Assembly (NCBI GenBank): GCA_002478275.1
Contig: DLMY01000003.1
Span: forward strand, 25,756-89,755
Length of the DNA stretch: 64,000 bases
Source of the DNA: Actinobacteria bacterium UBA7524
Lineage (GTDB): Bacteria > Actinomycetota > Coriobacteriia > Anaerosomatales > UBA912
Direction: 5' to 3'
Below the pieces are notes generated by a model that had not been told where the DNA came from, searched no databases, and worked only from the letters and a program-made list of their open reading frames with translations. This document shows positions 16,567-26,739 of this stretch, piece after piece; the stretch's first letter is position 1; each line of letters starts with the position of its first letter. A program made the translations under genes and the position numbers.

Positions 16567-17763
16567 TCAGCCCGAACCGGCGCCGTACATCTTCTCGTAG
16601 ACCGGCGACATCGAGCGCAGACGCTCGACGATCGGCGGGAACACCTCCAGGAATCGCTCGACGTCGGCCTCGCGTGTGAAGCGGCCGAGCGAGATCCTCA
16701 GCGAACCGTGCGCGATCTCGGGCGGACACCCGATTGCCAGCAGGACGTGACTCGGCTCCAGCGAACCGCTCGAACAGGCTGATCCGGTGGAGACGGCGAA
16801 GCCCAGGTGGTCGAGCTGGAGCAGCATCGACTCACCCTCGACACCCTTGACGAGCAGACTCACCACATTGGGCAGGCGTTCGGGAGAATCGGCGGTCAGG
16901 TCCGTGTTCTCGATGCGTTCGATGATTCCCTCGACGAAGCGGTCTCTGAGTGCGGTGAGCCGGGGCACCTCTGTCGGGAACTCCTCGATCATGATCTCCA
17001 GGGCCCGTGCGAAACCCACAGCACCCGGCACGTTCTGGGTTCCGCTACGCTTCTTGAACTCCTGACCGCCCCCCGTCAGCAGAGGCTCAAACGAGGTATG
17101 GCGTCTCAGGTACAACACTCCGACGCCCTTGGGTGCGTAGATCTTGTGGCCCGAGAAGCTTGCCGCGTCCACGCCCAGGTCCTCGACATCGAAGGCGGTC
17201 TTACCAAGAGACTGCGCCGCATCCGTGTGGAAGAGGGCGCCGCGCTCATGGGCGAGCGCGGACAATTCTGCGATCGGCTGGACGGTACCGATCTCGTTGT
17301 TGGCATGCATGATCGAGACAAGGGCGGTGTCATCGCGCAAAGCGGACCCGAGTGCGTCCGGTTCGATCCGGCCATCCGCGCTAGGCTTGAGATAGGTCAC
17401 CTCGAACCCACGCTTGCCGAGTAGCCGTGCGGGTTCGAGGATCGCGTGATGCTCGAACGCCGACACGATGACGTGCCGTCTTCCCGCTTTGGCCCTGGCC
17501 GATATCCCCAGGATCGCAGCGTTGTCCGACTCGGTCCCTCCACCGGTGAAGATGATCTCGTTCGGGTGCGTGGCGCCTATCGCCGCAGCAACGCGTTCAC
17601 GCGCCTCCTCAAGTGCGCTGTAAGCCTGGCGACCTGCAGCATACAGGGAGTTCGGATTGCCGAAGTGCTCGGTGAAGTACGGAGTCATCGCCTCGAGTAC
17701 ACGCGGGTCGACCGGTGTGGTCGCAGCGTAGTCAAGGTAGACGTTGTCCGTATCCTGTGTCAT
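16567..17763 (-). CDS. iscS: Cysteine desulfurase (NifS/IscS class)
   Basis: VYLDYAATTPVDPRV..FTGGGTESDN..SAFEHHAI..HTDAAQSLGK..SFSGHKIYAPKGVG..SGSACSSGSLEPSHVL. Confidence 0.9.
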   Translation of the reverse strand: MTQDTDNVYLDYAATTPVDPRVLEAMTPYFTEHFGNPNSLYAAGRQAYSALEEARERVAAAIGATHPNEIIFTGGGTESDNAAILGISARAKAGRRHVIVSAFEHHAILEPARLLGKRGFEVTYLKPSADGRIEPDALGSALRDDTALVSIMHANNEIGTVQPIAELSALAHERGALFHTDAAQSLGKTAFDVEDLGVDAASFSGHKIYAPKGVGVLYLRRHTSFEPLLTGGGQEFKKRSGTQNVPGAVGFARALEIMIEEFPTEVPRLTALRDRFVEGIIERIENTDLTADSPERLPNVVSLLVKGVEGESMLLQLDHLGFAVSTGSACSSGSLEPSHVLLAIGCPPEIAHGSLRISLGRFTREADVERFLEVFPPIVERLRSMSPVYEKMYGAGSG

Positions 17764-17787
17764 GTGGTCTTGAGCCTCCCTGGATCC

Positions 17788-18222
17788 TCAGCCAACAGAC
17801 CGGGCGTCCAGACGGTCCTGTGCCGCCACCAGGTCATGCAATGTCGTAGCCTCGAAGACGCCCCTGAGGGCATCCGTCGCACGGTTCCATACCGACGCGG
17901 CCGCACATCGACCCTCTCGTCCGCAGGTAGCACCTCGTTCCGACTCACAGACGGTGGCGACGAGCGGACCTTCGAGAGCCTCCACTATGTCCAAGACGCT
18001 GATCAACGCAGGATCGCGCTCGAGCACGAATCCACCACGAGCGCCACGTACCGCCGTCACCAGGCCCGCCCGGCGAAGCGAGACCAGCAGTTGCTCGAGG
18101 AACTTGGCGGGAATCTCCTGACGCGTCGATATGCCGCGCGCGGCGACCGGTCCATCTGTACACGACGCGGCGATGTCGATCATCGCGAGCAGTCCGTATT
18201 CGCTCTTGGCGGTCAGTCTCAT
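17788..18222 (-). CDS. Rrf2-family transcriptional regulator (IscR-like, three-Cys cluster motif)
   Basis: MRLTAKSEYGLLAMIDIA..ISTRQEIPAKFLEQLLVSLRRAGLVTAVRGARGGF..CESERGATCGREGRC. ATG at 18222 preferred over the TTG at 18228. Confidence 0.85.
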   Translation of the reverse strand: MRLTAKSEYGLLAMIDIAASCTDGPVAARGISTRQEIPAKFLEQLLVSLRRAGLVTAVRGARGGFVLERDPALISVLDIVEALEGPLVATVCESERGATCGREGRCAAASVWNRATDALRGVFEATTLHDLVAAQDRLDARSVG

Positions 18223-18252
18223 GGTCAACCGGCTCCGGGGTCTGCAATCCTG

Positions 18253-18263
18253 ACTGATTCAGT
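18253..18263. promoter_or_regulatory. Small palindrome ACTGA-T-TCAGT overlapping the likely -10/TSS region of the Rrf2-isc operon (possible Rrf2 operator)
   Basis: Read directly. On the minus strand it follows CATACT (18266-18261), about 30-40 nt upstream of the Rrf2 start. Confidence 0.2.
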
Positions 18264-18520
18264 ATGGTTTCCAGACCTTATTCCCGGACCGGGTCAGTGT
18301 CAAGCATCCGGCACCATGTCTGTCGGCGAATCGGGGCCGTCAGGCATTGACGACTGACCGGACAGGTGCTGTGGACTACCGTTCATCGAATCGAACAGAC
18401 AATCGCTTGTTCTGCGGACGCACGGGTGTTAGTTTGTACATCCGCTCTTGCGGCGGATACGCAAGGCAACCGGTCCACGGTTGACAGCCACAGGGTGGCG
18501 AGAACCCACTGGACTTGCTG

Positions 18521-18561
18521 GAGAAAGCCCCGAAGTCTTCACGGACCTACGGGGCTTTCTC
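18521..18561. terminator. 12-bp perfect inverted repeat hairpin downstream of ribH (terminator-like, no U-tract)
   Basis: GAGAAAGCCCCG (18521-18532), 17-nt loop, CGGGGCTTTCTC (18550-18561). It lies 15 nt after the ribH stop. Confidence 0.45.
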
Positions 18562-18575
18562 GCTGTTCAGAGACC

Positions 18576-19040
18576 CTATTCGACCGCTTTGAGCAGTTCA
18601 GCCATCTCGATGGCGGACAACGCTGCGTCCCATCCCTTGTTGCCCGCCTTGGTGCCGGCGCGCTCGACAGCCTGCTCGATCGTGTCCGCCGTGATCAACC
18701 CGAACACGACCGGTATCCCGGAATCGAGCGACGCCTTCGCGACACCCTTACTCGCCTCTGCCGCAACGTACTCGAAGTGGGGGGTGCCTCCCCGGATGAT
18801 CACCCCGAGCGTTATGACAGCGTCATAGCGGCCGGAGTCGGCGAGCTTCTTGGCGACCAACGGGATCTCGAACGCGCCGGGTACCCAGGCGACATCGATG
18901 TCGCCCTCTGCGACTCCATGGCGAATGAGCGCGTCAGTCGCTCCCCCGAGTAGTCTCGTTGAGAGCAGCTCGTTGAAACGGCTCACCACTATCCCGACCT
19001 TAAGACCGGTTCCGATCAAATTGCCTTCGAACGTCGTCAT
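18576..19040 (-). CDS. ribH: 6,7-dimethyl-8-ribityllumazine synthase
   Basis: [53 protein letters not shown]. Confidence 0.92.
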   Translation of the reverse strand: MTTFEGNLIGTGLKVGIVVSRFNELLSTRLLGGATDALIRHGVAEGDIDVAWVPGAFEIPLVAKKLADSGRYDAVITLGVIIRGGTPHFEYVAAEASKGVAKASLDSGIPVVFGLITADTIEQAVERAGTKAGNKGWDAALSAIEMAELLKAVE

Positions 19041-20275
19041 GATCCCTTCCCTTCACTCTCACGAGCATCGTCGAGCGTAAGACGATGTGCCATCTTCTCT
19101 CTCTTGGTACGCAGGTAACCTATGTTCTGAGGACATGCAGGGACCTCGAGTGCGACCTGTTCGCTGATCTCGAGGCCGTATCCTTCCAGTCCGACGATCT
19201 TCGTGGGGTTGTTGGTGAGCAGCCGCATCGACGTCAGTCCCAGGTCGACCAGTATCTGTGCACCGATGCCGTAGTCACGCAGATCGGCAGCGAAACCGAG
19301 GGCCTCGTTCGCCTCGACGGTGTCATGGCCTTGCTCCTGCAGCTCATAGGCCTTGAGCTTGTTGGCAAGACCGATCCCGCGACCCTCGTGGCCGACGATA
19401 TAGAGGATGACACCCTCACCTGCCTCCTGAACGCGGCGCATAGCCTCCTCGAGCTGCGAGCCGCAGTCACAACGGAGTGAATGGAACACATCACCGGTCA
19501 GACACTCCGAGTGAACGCGAACGAGGACATCACGATGGCCCGCGACGTCTCCCGCCACGAGCGCTATGTGCGTCGAGCCATCGGTCAGTGCCGTGTAGCC
19601 GTGTGCGGTGAACTGACCGAACGGTGTAGGAAGATCCACGGTCGACGTACGCTCCACAAGCCGTTCGGTGCGGCGCCTGTAACGAATGAGATCGGAGACG
19701 GTGATCATCATCAGTCCGTGCTCAGCCGCAAAGCGTTCGAGCTCAGGACGCCGGGCCATAGTGCCGTCAGGATTCATGATCTCGCAGATCACCCCGGCAG
19801 GCGCCAGTCCAGCTAAGCGAGCGAGATCGACCGCCGCCTCGGTATGTCCGGCGCGTTCCAGCACGCCACCTGGTTTCGCGCGAAGCGGAAAGACGTGCCC
19901 GGGCATCGAGATGTCTTCAGGTCCGGACTCCGGATCGATGGCTGTCAGAATGGTAGCCGCCCGGTCTGCGGCGGATATCCCTGTGGTGATACGACCTTTC
20001 GCGCCGATCGACACGTGGAACGCAGTACCATGGGTCGCGGTGTTCTCCTGGGTCATCGGAGGGACCTTGAGCGCATCCAGACGCTCCCCGGTCATAGGCA
20101 GACAGATCAATCCCCTGCCGTGCAGAGCCATGAAGTTGACCGCCTCCGGGGTCGCCTTCTCGGCTGCCATGACGAGATCGCCCTCGTTCTCGCGGTCCTC
20201 GTCGTCGACGACGATCAGCATCTTGCCGGCGGCGATGACAGGGATCGCTTCCTCGATAGTCGCGAAGGGCGTCAT
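19037..20275 (-). CDS. ribBA: Bifunctional 3,4-dihydroxy-2-butanone-4-phosphate synthase / GTP cyclohydrolase II
   Basis: [16 protein letters not shown]..(DHBP synthase) and [35 protein letters not shown] (GCH II). Confidence 0.92.
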   Translation of the reverse strand: MTPFATIEEAIPVIAAGKMLIVVDDEDRENEGDLVMAAEKATPEAVNFMALHGRGLICLPMTGERLDALKVPPMTQENTATHGTAFHVSIGAKGRITTGISAADRAATILTAIDPESGPEDISMPGHVFPLRAKPGGVLERAGHTEAAVDLARLAGLAPAGVICEIMNPDGTMARRPELERFAAEHGLMMITVSDLIRYRRRTERLVERTSTVDLPTPFGQFTAHGYTALTDGSTHIALVAGDVAGHRDVLVRVHSECLTGDVFHSLRCDCGSQLEEAMRRVQEAGEGVILYIVGHEGRGIGLANKLKAYELQEQGHDTVEANEALGFAADLRDYGIGAQILVDLGLTSMRLLTNNPTKIVGLEGYGLEISEQVALEVPACPQNIGYLRTKREKMAHRLTLDDARESEGKGS

Positions 20276-20318
20276 CGGTCCTCCTCGGCAAGAAGTGTTG
20301 TGAGCGCGGACATCGCTA

Positions 20319-20987
20319 TCACAGCCCGTCGGCGAACTCGCGTAGCAGGTCGCCCAGACCGCGGCGGCCCGAACGCGGTGCGTCCTCGTCGACGCCCATG
20401 TACAGGCCGACGAACTGCCGCACGTACTTGGCCATCATGTCCGCTTCAAGGTTGACTGCGGCTCCGACGGGCTTGTCCCTGAGGGTGGTCGACTGCTCGG
20501 TATGAGGGATGACCGCGCAGGCGAAGCCATCAGAACGTGTGTCGGCAACGGTGAGCGAGATGCCGTCGACCGCGATCGAGCCCTTGGGCACGACGTACTC
20601 CATGATCTCGGGCGGTGCGGCGAACTGGTAGATGGTCGAGTTTCCGGCGGCGTGGCGCATGACGAGCGAGCCGATGCCGTCGACATGACCGGTGACCACG
20701 TGTCCTCCGAAGCGGTCGGAGAGTCTGAGCGCACGCTCGAGGTTGACCTTCGAGCCCTGTCGCAGATCGCCCAAGGTCGTCTGCGAGAGGGTCTCCTCGC
20801 TCACGTCGGCAAGGAAGGCACCCCTGATGAACTTGGCGATCGTCAGACAGGCGCCGTCGACCGCGATCGAATCGCCGATCGCCATGTCGCGTCCGAACTC
20901 CGGCGCATAGACCTCCAACCGCAGTCCGCTGCCAACGCGCTCGACTCGTGTGATGATGCCTTCGGATTCGACCAGTCCGGTGAACAT
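20319..20987 (-). CDS. ribE: Riboflavin synthase alpha chain
   Basis: [47 protein letters not shown]. Confidence 0.92.
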   Translation of the reverse strand: MFTGLVESEGIITRVERVGSGLRLEVYAPEFGRDMAIGDSIAVDGACLTIAKFIRGAFLADVSEETLSQTTLGDLRQGSKVNLERALRLSDRFGGHVVTGHVDGIGSLVMRHAAGNSTIYQFAAPPEIMEYVVPKGSIAVDGISLTVADTRSDGFACAVIPHTEQSTTLRDKPVGAAVNLEADMMAKYVRQFVGLYMGVDEDAPRSGRRGLGDLLREFADGL

Positions 20988-21030
20988 CTGTCGTCCCTTC
21001 CTTCATCCACTCCGCCTACGCGGAGATCGC

Positions 21031-22164
21031 CTATGATCCGTGCTCTCGTCTTCTCCACACCGTCACTGCATCGTCGCCCTCAACACCGGCCTCGACCGCG
21101 CGCATGCGGCCATCGAGAGCGCAGGACCTGCCGCGGTTCGCAGGAGCCGGTGCACCGTCCGGTCCCGGGGTGCCGTCCAGCCCGTCTGCAGCCGTACACT
21201 CTCCCCCGCCGAGGAACCCCGCCGGCCCTTGCGGCCCTATCATACCCCCGGCGTGGACGAGCACGAGCTCGTCGATCAGATCGGCGGCCCACAGCGCAGA
21301 CAACAAGCGAGGGCCGGCTTCGACAAGCAGGCTGCGCACCGAATGGTCCTCCGCAAGGAGCTGGACGGCCGCCTGCAGGCCATCGGGTGCGTGAAGCGCC
21401 AGCGACGGGCCGAGATCGTCATGGAGCATCGATATCGCAGAGGGATGGCTCGTGTGCGACAGCACCACCCGCAACGGCTGGCGTGGTGCGGGGGTGCCGT
21501 CGGGAGCGCGCACGGTGAGCGACGGATCGTCGATACGAGCCGTCGACGCGCCCACCAGCACAGCGTCCGCGCGCTCGCGAAGGCGCATCGTGATGCGGCT
21601 CCCGCCGTCGCCGGTCAGGCGGCAGCGTGTCTCCTCGGCGCATGAAGGACGTCCATCGAGCGAGAGAGCGACCTTCACGCGGACGAACGGGCGTCCGTGA
21701 CGAAGGTGGTGCAGCCACTCCTCGTTGAGGCTCTCGTAGGGCGTCGGATCGGCTTCGAACTCGACTTCCAGGCCCGCCTCGCGCATGCGAGCGGCGCCTC
21801 CGACGGCCACAGGATCCGGGTCGGCCATCCCGATGACCACACCCGCTATCCCCCGGCTGATGAGGGCTTCGGAACACGGAGGCGTGCGGCCGAAATGGTT
21901 GCAGGGCTCGAGCGTGACGTAGGCCGTCGCTCCTGCCGCGCGTGGGCCGGCCTGTGCAAGAGCGGCGGCTTCGGCATGAGGACCTCCCGCCTGTGCGTGG
22001 AAACCCTCCCCGACGATATCGTCGTCCTGTGCGATGACGCAGCCGACCATGGGATTGGGTGAGGTGGCACCGACGCCTTGGGCGGCCAGTTCGAAGGCGC
22101 GCCGAAGCATCGGGTCGGTGATACGAGCAGAATCGTCGCTAAGCAGTCGCACGGCGACAGACAC
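21031..22164 (-). CDS. ribD: Bifunctional diaminohydroxyphosphoribosylaminopyrimidine deaminase / 5-amino-6-(5-phosphoribosylamino)uracil reductase
   Basis: ..SPNPMVGCVI..GFHAQAGGPHAEAAAL..YVTLEPCNHFGRTPPC.. followed by the reductase half. GTG start at 22164. Confidence 0.9.
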   Translation of the reverse strand: MSVAVRLLSDDSARITDPMLRRAFELAAQGVGATSPNPMVGCVIAQDDDIVGEGFHAQAGGPHAEAAALAQAGPRAAGATAYVTLEPCNHFGRTPPCSEALISRGIAGVVIGMADPDPVAVGGAARMREAGLEVEFEADPTPYESLNEEWLHHLRHGRPFVRVKVALSLDGRPSCAEETRCRLTGDGGSRITMRLRERADAVLVGASTARIDDPSLTVRAPDGTPAPRQPLRVVLSHTSHPSAISMLHDDLGPSLALHAPDGLQAAVQLLAEDHSVRSLLVEAGPRLLSALWAADLIDELVLVHAGGMIGPQGPAGFLGGGECTAADGLDGTPGPDGAPAPANRGRSCALDGRMRAVEAGVEGDDAVTVWRRREHGS

Positions 22165-22282
22165 CTCTCTTCTCCCATCCGGACTGTGACCGTCGGCTCC
22201 GGAATCTCACCGGATCGACCCCTTGCGGGGCTCGCGGGCTTTCACCGCCGGTGGGGAATCTCACCCCGCCCTGAAGAAAGTG
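22165..22282 (-). promoter_or_regulatory. FMN riboswitch (RFN element) leading the ribD-E-BA-H operon
   Basis: Minus strand reads CTTCAGGGCGGGGTGAGATTCCCCACCGGCGGTGAAAGCCCGCGAGCCCCGCAAGGGGTCGATCCGGTGAGATTCCGGAGCCGACGGTCACAGTCCGGATGGGAGAAGAG, which matches the conserved RFN core. It is preceded by an extended -10 TGCTATACT (-10 hexamer at 22297-22292). Confidence 0.9.
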
Positions 22283-22338
22283 CAGGCAGACAGTATAGCA
22301 CATGAGGGCGGTGCAACACCCTTCGCTACAATGAGGGT

Positions 22339-22887
22339 ATGAGACGCCTCTTGCTGACAGCGCTGATGCTTGCGACCGTTCTCCTTGGCGGATGCCTCGC
22401 CGAGACGCGCGTCGAGACCGACCCGGGTCACGTCACGTACGAAGGACCGCAGGTGGTCAGCGCGACCGTCACACGGCACACGGACGGCGACACCGCCTGG
22501 TTCCGGCTTGAGGACGGCACCGAGGAGAAGGTGCGCTTCACGGGCATCGACACGCCGGAGGTGTTCGGCCAGGCCGAGGAGTACGGAGCTGAGGCTTCCG
22601 CGTACACGGCGCAGGCCATTCCGATAGGCGCGACCGTCTGGCTGGAGACCGACGTGCGGCTGCGCGACCGCTACGACCGGCTGCTCGCGTACGTTTGGCT
22701 GGAAAGGCCGACCGACGGCAGTGTAGCCGAGGTCCGGGAGCACATGCTGAACGCACGCCTGTTACGTGACGGGTATGCGCTGCTTCTGACGCTTCCGCCC
22801 AACGTGAAGTACATCGAGTGCTTCACGGACGTCGCCACAGAGGCGCGGGACGAACAGCGCGGGTTGTGGGGCCTCGAAGGTCGGTAG
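22339..22887 (+). CDS. Secreted thermonuclease (SNase/micrococcal nuclease-like) lipoprotein
   Basis: Signal peptide with lipobox (LMLATVLLGGC), then ..VTRHTDGDTAWF..VRFTGIDTPE...RDRYDRLLAYVWL..LLRDGYA. Confidence 0.8.
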   Translation: MRRLLLTALMLATVLLGGCLAETRVETDPGHVTYEGPQVVSATVTRHTDGDTAWFRLEDGTEEKVRFTGIDTPEVFGQAEEYGAEASAYTAQAIPIGATVWLETDVRLRDRYDRLLAYVWLERPTDGSVAEVREHMLNARLLRDGYALLLTLPPNVKYIECFTDVATEARDEQRGLWGLEGR

Positions 22888-22925
22888 GCCCGGCGGATCG
22901 ACCGCCTGGCGTCCCGGGGACCCGG

Positions 22926-23597
22926 TCACACCACAGCTTGCGCGGCCTCGCGGATGGCGTTCATCGCAGCGACAGGGTCGTCGGTGCAGAACACGGCGCT
23001 ACCTGCGACCAGACACCGTGCACCCGCGGCCGCCACGAGTGGCGCCGTCTGCGTGTCGATACCACCGTCGATCTGTATCAGCGGTGTCACGTTCTCCTCG
23101 GCGCACAGGGCGGTAAGCTCCGCGCACTTGTCGACGATGCGCGGGATGAAGGCCTGGCCGCCGAATCCGGGGTTCACGCTCATCAGAAGCACGAGGTCGA
23201 CGACGTGGAGAACGTCGCGAAGGACGCTCACGGGGGTTGCGGGGTTGAGCGAGACGCCGGCCTTGGCGCCGGCGGAGCGTATGGTCTGCAAGACGCGGTG
23301 CAGGTGATCGCAGGCCTCGGCGTGGACGGTGACGAGGTCGGCACCCGAGTCGAGATACCACTCGACCGTCCAGTCCGCGTTGTCGATCATCAGGTGCACG
23401 TCCAGCGGCGTGTCCGTGACGCGCTTGAGGGCTTTGACGATCGGAGGGCCGATGGTGAGGTTCGGGACGAAGTGGCCGTCCATGACGTCGACGTGGATGA
23501 AGTCGGCGCCGCCCTCGGAGATCAGGCGCACGTCTTCACCCAGCCGCGAGAAATCAGCGGACAGGATCGATGGCGCCATCAAGATTCGGTCGGACAT
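22926..23597 (-). CDS. rpe: Ribulose-phosphate 3-epimerase
   Basis: APSILSADFSRLGED..HVDVMDGHFVPNLT..DVHLMI..VNPGFGGQ.FI..DGG. Confidence 0.92.
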   Translation of the reverse strand: MSDRILMAPSILSADFSRLGEDVRLISEGGADFIHVDVMDGHFVPNLTIGPPIVKALKRVTDTPLDVHLMIDNADWTVEWYLDSGADLVTVHAEACDHLHRVLQTIRSAGAKAGVSLNPATPVSVLRDVLHVVDLVLLMSVNPGFGGQAFIPRIVDKCAELTALCAEENVTPLIQIDGGIDTQTAPLVAAAGARCLVAGSAVFCTDDPVAAMNAIREAAQAVV

Positions 23598-23606
23598 GTG
23601 GACCCC

Positions 23607-24635
23607 CTACTCCGGCTGATCGTCCTCGACGAGTCCCATCCCGTGCCATTCGTCGCGCGCTTCCCTGCCCATGAGCGCTTCGGTCGCCATCGACAGCAGA
23701 CCGCCCTCGTGCAGGATCGAGCGGACCTGGTGGGTGATCGGCAGCTCGACGCCCTCACGTCTGGCGAGCTCATCGACGGAGATGCAGCTCACGGCTCCTT
23801 CGGCGACCATCTTCGTCTCGGCTTCATACGATGCGACGCTGCCTCCGCGCGCCACGTGCTCGCCGAGTCCCCGGTTGCGGCTGTGGCGGCTCGTACACGT
23901 CGCGATCAGGTCGCCGACACCGGCAAGACCCATATAGGTGAGCGGGTTGGCGCCGAGCCTGCGCCCGAGCCGCGCCATCTCCGCAAGGCCGCGAGTCATG
24001 AGGGTCGCCTTGGTGTTGTCGCCATACCCAAGCCCGTCGGACATGCCTGCAGCGACCGCGATGACGTTCTTGGACGCGCCGCACAGCTCGACCCCGACGA
24101 CATCCGGGTTCGTGTAGACGCGGAAGGAAGGCCCCATGAAGAGCTCCTGGAACAGACGCCCGACCTGCTCCTCGTATGCGGCGACGACCGTGGCCGAGGG
24201 TACGCCCTTGCTGACTTCCTCGGCATGGTTGGGGCCGGACAGACCGGCGATACGCTCGCGGTTGCCCAAGACGTCCTCGAGGACTTCGGTCATGAGCATG
24301 AGTGAACCGGTCTCAACGCCCTTGGAGAGCACCACTACGGGCACGTTCGCGGCAAGATGTTCGCGCATCGACTCGGCGGTCGAGCGCACCCCGATGCTCG
24401 GCGTGACCATCACGACGGCCTCGACGGCCCTGAGAGCTTGCTCGATATCGGATGTGGCGACCACGCGATCGGACAGGATGATGTCGCGCAGGTAGAGCGG
24501 GTTGTGACGCTCGCTGTTGATACCCTCGGCGATCTCGGGCTCGCGAGCCCACAGGGAGACTTCGTGTCCCTTGCCCGAGAGCAACCAGGAGACCGCCGTG
24601 CCCCATGACCCGGCGCCGATGACCGCTACTCGCAT
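23607..24635 (-). CDS. gpsA: NAD(P)H-dependent glycerol-3-phosphate dehydrogenase
   Basis: MRVAVIGAGSWGTAV..LSKG.E..GPN.AEEV..KNV.A.AAG..DGLG.G.NTKA.L.TRGL.EM. Confidence 0.92.
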   Translation of the reverse strand: MRVAVIGAGSWGTAVSWLLSGKGHEVSLWAREPEIAEGINSERHNPLYLRDIILSDRVVATSDIEQALRAVEAVVMVTPSIGVRSTAESMREHLAANVPVVVLSKGVETGSLMLMTEVLEDVLGNRERIAGLSGPNHAEEVSKGVPSATVVAAYEEQVGRLFQELFMGPSFRVYTNPDVVGVELCGASKNVIAVAAGMSDGLGYGDNTKATLMTRGLAEMARLGRRLGANPLTYMGLAGVGDLIATCTSRHSRNRGLGEHVARGGSVASYEAETKMVAEGAVSCISVDELARREGVELPITHQVRSILHEGGLLSMATEALMGREARDEWHGMGLVEDDQPE

Positions 24636-24638
24636 CCT

Positions 24639-25301
24639 CTACCCCTCCGTGTCCTTCGAGATTCCGGCAGCTGCCGAACCCTTGTCCGTTATCTTAGCCT
24701 CTTGTCCGCGTGCGATGCGCGCCATGTTGGATCTGTGGCGCCATAAGACGACTGCGGCAGCCAGGAACGACATACCCAAGATGACGGGTCTGTCGCGATA
24801 CATGCCGAGGCAGAGCACGGGATACATCACCGCAACGCTGATCGAGCCGAGCGAGACCATCTTCCATATCGCGATGACGACGACGAACGTCACAAGCATC
24901 GCGAGCCAGGCCGCAGGGGTGATGAACAGTAGTGCTCCGGAGGCGGTCGCAACACCCTTGCCGCCCTTGAAGCGGATATACGGTGAGTACGAATGGCCGA
25001 TCACGGCCGCTATGGCAGCCCCTATCAGCATCCAGTCATGCTCATTCGTGCCGGCCGGACCTGTGTAGATGAGCTCGGCAAGCCAGACCGCCGCCGCGCC
25101 CTTCGCCATATCCAGAAGCAGGACGGCCAGACCTGCGCGCCAACCCAAGACCCTCTGGACGTTCGTAGCACCCAGGTTGCCCGACCCGTGTTCGCGCAGG
25201 TCGATCTTGTGGAACAGCTTCCCGTAGATGAGCGCGAAGGACACGGCGCCGATCAGGTACGCGGGGACGAACGCCGCGATCATGCGTATCGCGATATCCA
25301 T
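24639..25301 (-). CDS. plsY: Glycerol-3-phosphate acyltransferase PlsY
   Basis: ..YLIGAVSFALIYGK...DLREHGSGNLGATN..FKGGKGVAT; multi-pass membrane protein. Confidence 0.9.
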   Translation of the reverse strand: MDIAIRMIAAFVPAYLIGAVSFALIYGKLFHKIDLREHGSGNLGATNVQRVLGWRAGLAVLLLDMAKGAAAVWLAELIYTGPAGTNEHDWMLIGAAIAAVIGHSYSPYIRFKGGKGVATASGALLFITPAAWLAMLVTFVVVIAIWKMVSLGSISVAVMYPVLCLGMYRDRPVILGMSFLAAAVVLWRHRSNMARIARGQEAKITDKGSAAAGISKDTEG

Positions 25302-25304
25302 CCG

Positions 25305-26612
25305 CTAGTCCTTCTTCTTGAACTTGACCGTGATGGGCGTACCGGTGAAGTCGAATGCCTCCCGCATGCGGTTCTCCACATAGCGCTTGAATGAATCGTC
25401 GGCAAGCCGCGGGTGATTCGCGAAGAAGGTGAAGCCGGGGGGCGCGACGTGCGTCTGGGTGACGTAGTGGACGCGAAGCGTCATCGACCCCTTGCTGACG
25501 GTATGCCCGAACTCGCGCATCTCGGTGAGCAGCTTGTTGAGCGCGCTGGTGGGTATCTCGCGCATGTAGGAGTCGTACGCCTTGTCGATCATCGCGTAGA
25601 CACGGTCGACCTTGGCGCCGGTCAGCGCGCTGACGCGCACGTGAGGGGCATAGTCGACGAACCCGAGTTTCTCCTTGAGCTGGTAGCGGATGTCCTCTCG
25701 GTGCTCCTCGTCCGTCACTAGGTCCCACTTGTTGAGCACCAGCACCAGCGCCGTCCCGCGTTCCTCGGCGAATCTGGCGATACGCTGGTCCCCGTCGGTA
25801 ACACCGATCGTCGAATCGATGACGAGCAGCGCGACCTGAGCCCGGTCGATCGCGCGCATCGCGCGCACGAAGCCGTAGTACTCGACGTCCTCGTCGATCT
25901 GGGACTTGCGCCTGATGCCCGCGGTGTCGACGAACCGGTATGCGCGTCCGTTCGCCTCGACCATCACATCGAGCGCGTCGCGCGTCGTGCCTGCGACATC
26001 GCTCACGATGGCGCGCTCGGTGCGAGAGAGCTTGTTGAGCAGCGATGACTTGCCCGCGTTCGGCCTGCCGATGATCGCCACATCGATCGCGTCGGTCTCG
26101 ACGAAAGGCTCGGGTTCCGGGAGCGCGTCGACGAGGGCGTCGAGAAGATCGCCGGTGCCGTGACCGTGTGTCGCCGAGACCGGGTATGGCCGGTCAAGCC
26201 CGAGCGCCCAGAACTCGTGTATCGCCGCCTCGTCGTTGGGGGTGTCCATCTTGTTGACCGCGAGGAACACGGGAGTGTCCACCCGCTTGAGAAGGCGAGC
26301 CACCTCTTCGTCGCCGGGCGCGGGCCCTGCCTTGCCGTCGACAAGGACGACGATGGCATCAGCTTCCTGTGCGGCGACGAGCGCCTGGGTCTTGATGGAT
26401 TCGGCGAAAGGGTCGTCTTTCGCGTGCTCAATGCCGCCGGTGTCGATGAGCATGAACTCGCGGCCGTTCCAGTCGGCGCGATGGTACGAACGGTCGCGCG
26501 TCACACCGCGCTGCTCGTGGACGATCGCGTCACTTTCCTGGGTTATGCGGTTGACCAGGGTCGACTTGCCCACGTTCGGACGGCCGACCACTGCGACTAT
26601 AGGTAAAGACAT
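25305..26612 (-). CDS. der: Ribosome-associated GTPase Der/EngA (tandem G domains plus KH-like domain)
   Basis: MSLPIVAVVGRPNVGKSTL...DTGG.. and a second G domain, IIGRPNAGKSSL..DTAG..NKWD. The track ORF is over-extended by 61 codons; the ATG at 26612 was chosen. Confidence 0.9.
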   Translation of the reverse strand: MSLPIVAVVGRPNVGKSTLVNRITQESDAIVHEQRGVTRDRSYHRADWNGREFMLIDTGGIEHAKDDPFAESIKTQALVAAQEADAIVVLVDGKAGPAPGDEEVARLLKRVDTPVFLAVNKMDTPNDEAAIHEFWALGLDRPYPVSATHGHGTGDLLDALVDALPEPEPFVETDAIDVAIIGRPNAGKSSLLNKLSRTERAIVSDVAGTTRDALDVMVEANGRAYRFVDTAGIRRKSQIDEDVEYYGFVRAMRAIDRAQVALLVIDSTIGVTDGDQRIARFAEERGTALVLVLNKWDLVTDEEHREDIRYQLKEKLGFVDYAPHVRVSALTGAKVDRVYAMIDKAYDSYMREIPTSALNKLLTEMREFGHTVSKGSMTLRVHYVTQTHVAPPGFTFFANHPRLADDSFKRYVENRMREAFDFTGTPITVKFKKKD

Positions 26613-26739
26613 GTGCTCCACCGGACCTGAGGGAACGGGCGATGCGCGCCGGGACGTTCCCGGGGGACTTGCAGCATTACACGATACCATGCCCAAGACC
26701 GAGGGAACTGAAGTCAGCTGACCCCAAGCGCGTGCGAGG

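Noticed and set aside
26631-26661. 7-bp inverted repeat GGGAACG-N17-CGTTCCC between the DUF512 gene and der
   Set aside because: The stem is short, the loop is large, and there is no U-tract. It could be a weak terminator or chance, so it is not reported as a feature.
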